DNA of 32,000 nucleotides from Ruminococcus albus 7 = DSM 20455 (GTDB lineage: Bacteria; Bacillota; Clostridia; Oscillospirales; Ruminococcaceae), in NCBI RefSeq assembly GCF_000179635.2, contig NC_014833.1, forward strand, positions 510,001-542,000. The letters are read 5' to 3'. Position 1 is the first letter of the stretch, and every line of letters starts with the position of its first letter. This document shows positions 25,677 through 32,000 of the stretch, one piece after another. The notes beneath the pieces were generated by a model. That model ran no database searches. It was given only the letters and a program-made list of their open reading frames with translations, and had not been told where the DNA came from. Position numbers and translations under genes: made by a program.

Positions 25677-27856
25677 ATGAAAATCTCATCAAGCGTAAAA
25701 AAGCTATCTTCTGCGATGCTTGCGGGCGCAGTGCTTTTTCGCAGACCGCGTTTCTGTCAAACGTGACGATCGAGGCAGAAGCTGCAAGCCTTTGCACTGT
25801 AAACGTTAACAAAACTTATCAGAAGATCGACGGCTTCGGCGGTATCAATCACCCGGAGTGGTACGGTGATCTGACTGATTCAGATCGTGCTATTGCTTTT
25901 GAAAACGGCAATAACCAGCTGGGTTGTACGATCCTGAGAGTATTTGTAAACCCTGACAAAAACCAGTGGTACAAAGTTCTCCCGACAGCACAGTATGCTG
26001 CTAAGAGAGGCATCACCATTTTCGCTTCACCTTGGGAGCCGCCCGCAAGTCTGGCTGAAAACGGTTCTGCTTACGGCGGTAAGCTCCATCTTCCAAGAAA
26101 AAATTACGGAGCATACGCTCAGCACCTTAATGATTTCGGTAAATACATGAAGCAGAACGGCGTTAATCTGTATGCTATCTCTGTACAGAACGAGCCGGAC
26201 TACGCTAAGGACTGGACAGCTTGGACACCGGACGAGACTACTGACTTCATTGCTAACTATGGCGACCAGATAACCAGCACAAAGCTCATGTCGCCAGAAT
26301 CATTCCAGTATGGCGCATATAACAACGGTAAGGACTACTACTCAAAGATCCTTAATAACTCAAAGGCTTATGCAAACTGTGACATATTCGGAACTCACTT
26401 CTACGGCACACCCAGAAGTAAGATGGACTTCCCGGCACTTGAAAACTGCGGCAAACAGCTGTGGATGACTGAAGTATATGTTCCTGACAGCAATGTCGAT
26501 TCAAACATATGGCCTGATAACCTGAAGCAGGCTGTAAGCATTCATGATTCACTGGTTGTAGGCGGTATGCAGGCTTACGTTGTATGGCCGCTTCGCCGTA
26601 ATTACAGCATTCTCCGTGAAGATACACACAAGATATCAAAGCGTGGTTATGCTTTTGCACAGTACTCAAAGTTCGTTCGTCCCGGCGATGTTCGTGTAGA
26701 TGTCACTGAGCAGCCTTCATCTAACGTTTTTGTATCTGCATACAAGAACAATAAGAATCAGGTAACTATCGTTGCTATCAATAACAGCAGTTCAGGTTAT
26801 TCACAGCAGTTCTCACTGAACGGCAAGACCATAATCGATGTTGACAGATGGCGCACATCAGGCAGCGAGAACCTGGCTGAGACCGATAATCTCACTATCG
26901 ACAATGGTACAAGCTTCTGGGCACAGCTTCCCGCACAGAGCGTTTCTACTTTCGTATGCACACTTAGCGGCGGCAGCTCTTCCGGCAACAACGGTTCATC
27001 CAATACAGAGCTTGATTCTGACGGTTACTACTTCCACGATACATTTGAGGATGATTTAACATGGCAGGCACACGGCGGCACAGAACTGCTGAAGTCCGGC
27101 AGAACTCCCTATAAGGGCAGCGAAGCTGTTGTAGTTACTAACCGTACAAGTGCATGGATGGGTGCAGAGCGTACACTTCCTTCTTCTGTCGTTCCCGGCA
27201 AGACCTACAGCTTCTCTGTAAACGTAACAGAGCTTGATGGTGAGGATACCGAAACATTCTATCTCAAGCTCAACTATACCGATTCAAGCGGAACAGCACA
27301 CTATCCTACAATTGCAGAGGGTGTTTGCCCCAAGGGCAAGTATCTGCAGCTCAGCAATACTAATTATACCATCCCCTCTGATGCAGTTGACCCTGTTATC
27401 TATGTAGAAACCAAGGATACCACTTCTAACTTCTACATTGATGAAGCTATCTGTGCTCCTGCAGGCAAGAGTCTGCCCGGCGCAGGTATCCCTGAGATAC
27501 CCAGCAATAACAATAACAACAATAACAACAATAATAACAATAATAACAACAATAATAACAACAACCAGAACAACTCGGTATATCCGGTTGTATCATCTAT
27601 TGATTACAACGTGACATACCATCAGTTCAGAATAAGCTGGAATTCTGTTCCAAATGCTCAGGCATACGGTATCGCATACTATGCAGCAGGCAAGTGGAGA
27701 GTATATACTCAGAGTATCTCTGTGAATACTACTTCATGGATCTCTCCCAAGCTGACAGCAGGCAAGACCTATACCATGGTAATAGCAGCCAAGGTCGGCG
27801 GTAAGTGGGATACTTCTAATCTGTCTTCAAGAGCTATAAATGTTACTGTAAAGTAA
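25677..27856 (+). CDS. xynC: GH30 subfamily 8 glucuronoxylanase (XynC-like) with a CBM22/CBM_4_9-like module, a poly-Asn linker and a C-terminal ~90-aa module; the reading frame is interrupted between signal peptide and catalytic domain
   Basis: The catalytic domain is collinear with B. subtilis XynC: GFGG, SVQNEPDY (acid/base), LWMTEVY (nucleophile), WPLRRNY. An AAGGAGGA RBS and the ATG at 25677 encode MKISSSVKKLSSAMLAGAVLF in frame 0. The main ORF (GTG-opened at 25763) is in frame 2, and the frames join cleanly at the T5 run at 25735-25739. Confidence 0.85.
27506..27574 (+). repeat. AAY trinucleotide microsatellite encoding a 20-Asn run followed by QNN (inter-domain linker)
   Basis: 20 consecutive AAT/AAC codons at 27506-27565, then CAG AAC AAC. 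Confidence 0.9.
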
Positions 27857-27884
27857 TATTTACCAAAAGAATAACAGAGCATTC

Positions 27885-27925
27885 AGGACACCTTCGCGGT
27901 TCAGGCGGAGGTGTCCTTTGTATAT
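27885..27925 (+). terminator. Rho-independent terminator of the xylanase gene
   Basis: A 13-bp stem (aggacaccttcgc / gcggaggtgtcct) followed by a T-rich tail. Confidence 0.7.
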
Positions 27926-27940
27926 TGTAGTCATTATGCA

Positions 27941-27977
27941 AAAAAGGACAGCCCTCAGAGTCGGGACTGTCCTTTTT
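27941..27977 (-). terminator. Intrinsic terminator of the minus-strand regulator gene (potentially bidirectional)
   Basis: Stem ggacagccc / gggactgtcc flanked by AAAAA on the left and TTTTT on the right. Confidence 0.7.
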
Positions 27978-27987
27978 GTCATCATAT

Positions 27988-30147
27988 TTATTCTTCGGCT
28001 GAACGGCTGAACAGCAAGCGGTATCTGGGTACAGTATACCCTGTTATGCCGCTGAACTGCCGCATGAAATATTTAGGATCATTGTAGCCGCATTTTTCTG
28101 CTATCTCAGAGTTGGAAAGTTTTGACATAGTAATAAGATACCTTGCGGCGGATATCCTGGCATTGGTGCAATCATCATGCAGAGTGAACCCATAGCATTT
28201 GCGGAAGATAGTCCGTAAATAACCGTCACTGCCGTTGAAGTGAGAATATATCTCACGCTGATCAAATGTGATCTGCGGAGTGCTGTATATCATAGTTCTC
28301 AGGGCGTTTAGCTTTTTGTAGTGAGGATCGGTGCGTCTTGCGGAATATACATCTGTCATCTCTGTCATTCTTGCAAAGCACTTCTCCTTTGTTGTAAGAT
28401 AATCGTTATCCTCACAGGGAACAGCGGTGCATACAAATGAATCAAGTCCATATTTCTTTATGTAGGATGTATTGTGCTGCAGCAGTGCTGAAAGCTGTAC
28501 TGCAAGCAGATCCGTATTATCAGTCATGTCCCTTATCAGGCAGACAAATGTGTCCTCGTTTATCCTGCTGCATATCTGACCATCGCTGAATTGACGCACT
28601 GCTTCCGCAGCATCAAGCACAGCATCTATGTGTTCCTTGTGTCCGACACCGCAATTACAGATACCCGGGGCTATCCTTATGGCAACAAAGCTCAGACCGT
28701 CCTTTTCGGTGTTGCGGTACGCTTTTTTCAGCCCGTTTTCATTGAGCATACCTGTCAGTGTATCGCGTTCTTCGGATATATCCTGACACTGCAGATAAAA
28801 TCTTATATCGTTTTTCATTCGCAGGAATTCAAGACCGTTGGCTATTGTCTTGAGCCAGCAGCGGAAGATATGCCTGAAGGAATCATTACCTTTGAATCTC
28901 AGCACAATATATCCAAGCTCTCTGTCTGCAAAGAACAGCGGACAGAAATAATATGATGCAGCTTCGTTTCCGAATACCGCTGAGATATTGTATTTATTGA
29001 ACATAAATGGTTCGGTGTTGTCAATAAGGTCATAGCATACCATATTCGATGAATTTCCCGTACCTTCATACCAGTTCTCATAAAGGCACATATACAGCCT
29101 GTCAGCATTCTTGATCCTGAACTTTTCTTCACGGCAGGTCTCAACAAATTTGTCTACGCTCCTGCATTCTATCAGTTTATGCTCCAGCAGGCTGTAAAGA
29201 TCAAGCCGATCGTAAATGTCCTTTTTGCGGGCAGTTCTTATGTCATATCGTATATCCTCTGTCTTTGCGCCGCAGGGACAGGTATCACCGCTTATTATAT
29301 TGCCCTTAGGCGGTTCAAAATCATCGTGAGTTATATTATCAGCACCTTTGCAGAGCATCTCGACCGCTTTTATCCCCAATGCCTTTCTGTTTCGCTGATA
29401 AGTAGTCAGTATTGGTACATGGCAGTATCTTTCACGAATATATTCATAGCCTGTAACTGCCATTTTCTTGGTGATATCTATGTTATGCTCAAGGAAGCAA
29501 TCCAGCAGACCGTATGCCATATAGTCGTTGCCGCATATCAGTGCCTGCGGATAAGGCAGTTCTCCGCTGATGTAACGCATGGCATGGTCATATCCGGAAT
29601 TATTCCAGAAATTGCCATAAAATACTTTGTTTTCATCATACGGTATACCGTGTTCCTCAAGGGAGCGCCTGTATCCTTCCACACGCTTGTGAGATAGTTC
29701 AAGTTCGCTGTAGCCTGTAAGTATGTGTATATCAGTAAAGCCGTGGACATCTGTAAGGTGATCGCAGATATCCTTGAAATCGTTTACATCGTCAGTGTTG
29801 ATGCAGGTAAATGTCGGCAGAGAGAAACCCTCAGGCAGTGCACCTATGGTAATTACAGGCGCTGATTTGTTCTGAAGTTCTTCCAGCATCTTTTTCTGAA
29901 CATCGGGATATATCACAGATTCGGATATAAGGATAATGCCGTCGTATTCGTCCGAATGAACAAGATCGTATATAAGGTTCTCTGTTTTGAGCATTGAAGC
30001 CCATTCCATGGGATTATAGATATTTGAGATCACTGCTACATCAATATCCATTTCCCTTGTTTTTTCTATTATACCTTTTATGACCTCTCGCTGCTCGGTA
30101 TCTGCTGCTGCGGCAGCGATAACGCCAAAGAGTTTCCTTTTTTTCAT
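27988..30147 (-). CDS. Hybrid transcriptional regulator: N-terminal PBP1 (LacI-like) sugar-binding domain, central degenerate GGDEF-like domain, C-terminal AraC-type HTH
   Basis: AGGAGG RBS. The N-terminus resembles a periplasmic-binding-protein fold without an HTH. RDTLTGMLNENGL...SRINEDTF (RINEDTF at 28546-28566) resembles a GGDEF domain with GGDEF replaced by NEDTF. The C-terminal ...ISAARYLITMSKLSNSEIAEKCGYNDPKYFMRQFSGITGYTVPRYR is an AraC/XylS HTH. Confidence 0.8.
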   Translation of the reverse strand: MKKRKLFGVIAAAAADTEQREVIKGIIEKTREMDIDVAVISNIYNPMEWASMLKTENLIYDLVHSDEYDGIILISESVIYPDVQKKMLEELQNKSAPVITIGALPEGFSLPTFTCINTDDVNDFKDICDHLTDVHGFTDIHILTGYSELELSHKRVEGYRRSLEEHGIPYDENKVFYGNFWNNSGYDHAMRYISGELPYPQALICGNDYMAYGLLDCFLEHNIDITKKMAVTGYEYIRERYCHVPILTTYQRNRKALGIKAVEMLCKGADNITHDDFEPPKGNIISGDTCPCGAKTEDIRYDIRTARKKDIYDRLDLYSLLEHKLIECRSVDKFVETCREEKFRIKNADRLYMCLYENWYEGTGNSSNMVCYDLIDNTEPFMFNKYNISAVFGNEAASYYFCPLFFADRELGYIVLRFKGNDSFRHIFRCWLKTIANGLEFLRMKNDIRFYLQCQDISEERDTLTGMLNENGLKKAYRNTEKDGLSFVAIRIAPGICNCGVGHKEHIDAVLDAAEAVRQFSDGQICSRINEDTFVCLIRDMTDNTDLLAVQLSALLQHNTSYIKKYGLDSFVCTAVPCEDNDYLTTKEKCFARMTEMTDVYSARRTDPHYKKLNALRTMIYSTPQITFDQREIYSHFNGSDGYLRTIFRKCYGFTLHDDCTNARISAARYLITMSKLSNSEIAEKCGYNDPKYFMRQFSGITGYTVPRYRLLFSRSAEE

Positions 30148-30348
30148 GCTGCTGCACCTCCTGATCAGATATATCTGCTGCTTGTTTTTGATTAATATAT
30201 TATATCATACACTTCGGCGGCTTGCACTAGGTGTATGTAAATATATTGTAAATGGGCTTAAATTACCATTATGTTTTTGATATATTTCTTCGTTTTTTTT
30301 TATTTTCATTATATTGACATTTATACGGTCATCCAGCTGACAGACCAC

Positions 30349-30376
30349 ACTGGCAGGTTTTCTCAACAACTGGCAG
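30349..30376. promoter_or_regulatory. Direct repeat ACTGGCAG-N12-ACTGGCAG in the divergent intergenic region
   Basis: Exact 8-mers at 30349-30356 and 30369-30376, 20 bp apart. The layout is compatible with an AraC-type direct-repeat binding site. Confidence 0.3.
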
Positions 30377-30467
30377 AAAATAGTATAAACATACCGCTTT
30401 ATAACCGTGTGTGAAAATGTGAGCAAAGTGATAGACACATATTTTTTGTAAAAAACAGATTCGACTC

Positions 30468-30496
30468 TTGAAAATGTGAATCAAGTATGATATAAT
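30468..30496 (+). promoter_or_regulatory. Putative extended -10 promoter of the diguanylate cyclase gene
   Basis: TTGAAA, a 17-nt spacer, then TGaTATAAT. Confidence 0.5.
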
Positions 30497-30545
30497 ATAA
30501 TGGAAGTAACTATACGCTGGTAAATTTAATATCCGAGGTGAGCAG

Positions 30546-31585
30546 ATGAACAATGATAATGAGAATTTGAAAAATGCCATGATAATAAAGAATCTGACCT
30601 TGTTTTTCGGCGGCTTCCTGCTGTTTACCGATGTATTTTTTCTCGCGGTCGGGATAGTATACGATATGCCGCTTATACGTTATCTGATTTATGTTAAGCT
30701 CGTTATTAATACTACTAATATATATCTGATACTAAAAAAGCATTATCTTGTATCAACGGTGATAATTTACGTTGTAATAATGGCGATGATGGTAGTAGGC
30801 ATTATAAGTATGGGTACGCGGCCTGCTTTTCAGCTATATGCGCTGGGTATGCTTATATGTGTCAGCTACAACGGCTATCTGCATAACCGTATACTGAAAA
30901 AGGAACTCCCTTTCATGTTAATGATGGGGATCCACGTTTTGCTTTATACAGGTATGCTTCTGTATGCCAGGTTCAGAGAACCGCTGTACACTTATCCGCA
31001 GAGTGCAGTCGATATTCTTGTGATATTCAACTCAGTGGCAACGTTCAGTATTGTTATACTTTATGCTTTTCTTTTCCACAATGTTGCGATCCACTCTGAG
31101 GAAAAGCTGGAGAAAATGGCACTTATGGATAAACTGACAGGTCTTTACAACCGACATTATCTTTTAGCATTTCTTGATCACACAGGACCGAGAAACCCTG
31201 AAGACCGCTGGATAGCGATGCTTGATATTGATGATTTCAAAAAGATAAATGACTCCTATGGTCACAACTGCGGTGATTTTATCCTGCATGAGATCGCTGC
31301 GATGATACGTGATGTATGCAAGAATTGTATAGTATGCCGCTGGGGCGGTGAGGAATTCATTATACTTTCAAATATAAACGAGTGCAGCACCGAAGTACTT
31401 GAAACGCTGAGAAAGAATATTGAGAACAGGGAGTTTATATTTGAAGGCAATACCATACACGCTACGGTAACCATAGGCGAATGTCGGTATGAGACCGGGC
31501 AGTCCAATGATAAATATGGATATCCGTGGCTGACGAAAAGCTTTATGAAGGCAAACACAGCGGCAAGAACCGTGTAGTGAGATGA
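30546..31585 (+). CDS. Membrane-bound GGDEF-domain diguanylate cyclase (GGEEF active site); the C-terminal ~20 codons lie in a shifted frame
   Basis: About six N-terminal TM helices. LTGLYNRHYL, DIDDFKKINDSYGH and RWGGEEF (GGEEF at 31344-31358). The annotated frame ends at 31577 with a non-canonical tail. The canonical GGDEF ending ADEKLYEGKHSGKNRVVR-stop is read in the -1 frame at 31529-31585. Confidence 0.85.
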
Positions 31586-31590
31586 TAATA

Positions 31591-31629
31591 AAACATGGGG
31601 CTGTTGCTTGGTGCAACAGCCCCATGTTT
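31591..31629. terminator. Bidirectional intrinsic terminator
   Basis: A perfect 17-bp stem (aaacatggggctgttgc / gcaacagccccatgttt) with a 5-nt loop, flanked by A- and T-runs, between convergent genes. Confidence 0.8.
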
Positions 31630-31658
31630 ATGATATTGATATTCTTGCTTAATTGCTA

Positions 31659-32000
31659 TTACTTGATAGTAACCGTTACAGCATTCTTGATAGCATTAGT
31701 GGTATCCCACTTTCCGTTGATTCTTGCAGCAATAGCTACTTTGTAGGTCATGCCGGGAGTCAGGTTCTTGGGAGTTACATAGCTGTTTGTAGTAATGTTG
31801 GAAGTCTGTACTCTCCATTTACCGGCAAGATATACAGCTATGCCGTACTTGTCAGCACCCTTGACCTTATCCCAGACGAACTGTACCTGGTGATACTGCT
31901 GGCTGTAATTAGCCTTGATGTTTGTAGGATAGGTGATTTCCTGAGGAATGATGATATGATCGCTGCTGCCGCCGTTTGTGTAAAGATCAACAGGCAGTTC
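31659..32000 (-). CDS. 3' end of a gene for a (probably secreted) protein carrying the same C-terminal ~90-aa module as the GH30 xylanase (partial)
   Basis: The minus-strand frame is open from 32000 down to the TAA (complement of 31659-31661). My translation ends ...YPTNIKANYSQQYHQVQFVWDKVKGADKYGIAVYLAGKWRVQTSNITTNSYVTPKNLTPGMTYKVAIAARINGKWDTTNAIKNAVTVTIK. Confidence 0.7.
   Translation of the reverse strand, partial: ELPVDLYTNGGSSDHIIIPQEITYPTNIKANYSQQYHQVQFVWDKVKGADKYGIAVYLAGKWRVQTSNITTNSYVTPKNLTPGMTYKVAIAARINGKWDTTNAIKNAVTVTIK

Overview
The window looks like chromosomal DNA from a low-GC Firmicute. It is probably a fibrolytic Ruminococcus-like member of the Clostridia; that guess rests on a GH30-CBM xylanase with a poly-Asn linker and on extended -10 promoters (TGnTATAAT), and it is low confidence. 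Most of the content is housekeeping and carbohydrate metabolism. It begins with a LacI-family regulator followed by a CUT1-type sugar ABC transporter (binding protein and two permeases, no ATPase gene). Next come a beta-CASP MBL hydrolase, glycogen/maltodextrin phosphorylase, a DUF4830 protein, a MinD/ParA-like ATPase, methylglyoxal synthase, a YdcF/DUF218 protein, hisS with two small downstream genes, an RsuA-type pseudouridine synthase, an orphan MsmK/MsmX-type sugar ABC ATPase and a lipoprotein-like membrane protein. The most unusual locus is a self-contained three-gene operon at about 18.9-24.0 kb. It encodes a membrane-anchored dynamin-like GTPase, a protein that looks like an M48 metallopeptidase fold with its HExxH zinc site mutated away, and a second, soluble dynamin-like GTPase that is translationally coupled to it. 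Downstream lie a CPBP (Abi) intramembrane protease, a 93-bp tandem repeat and a GH30_8 glucuronoxylanase with a CBM, a poly-Asn linker and a C-terminal module. These are followed by a hybrid regulator (sugar-binding domain, degenerate GGDEF, AraC HTH), a membrane GGEEF diguanylate cyclase, and the 3' end of another secreted protein that carries the same C-terminal module as the xylanase. The xylanase and the diguanylate cyclase each show an apparent 1-nt deletion in a short homopolymer. No rRNA, tRNA, CRISPR array or transposase was recognised. All calls come from reading the sequence and the ORF translations; no database search was run.
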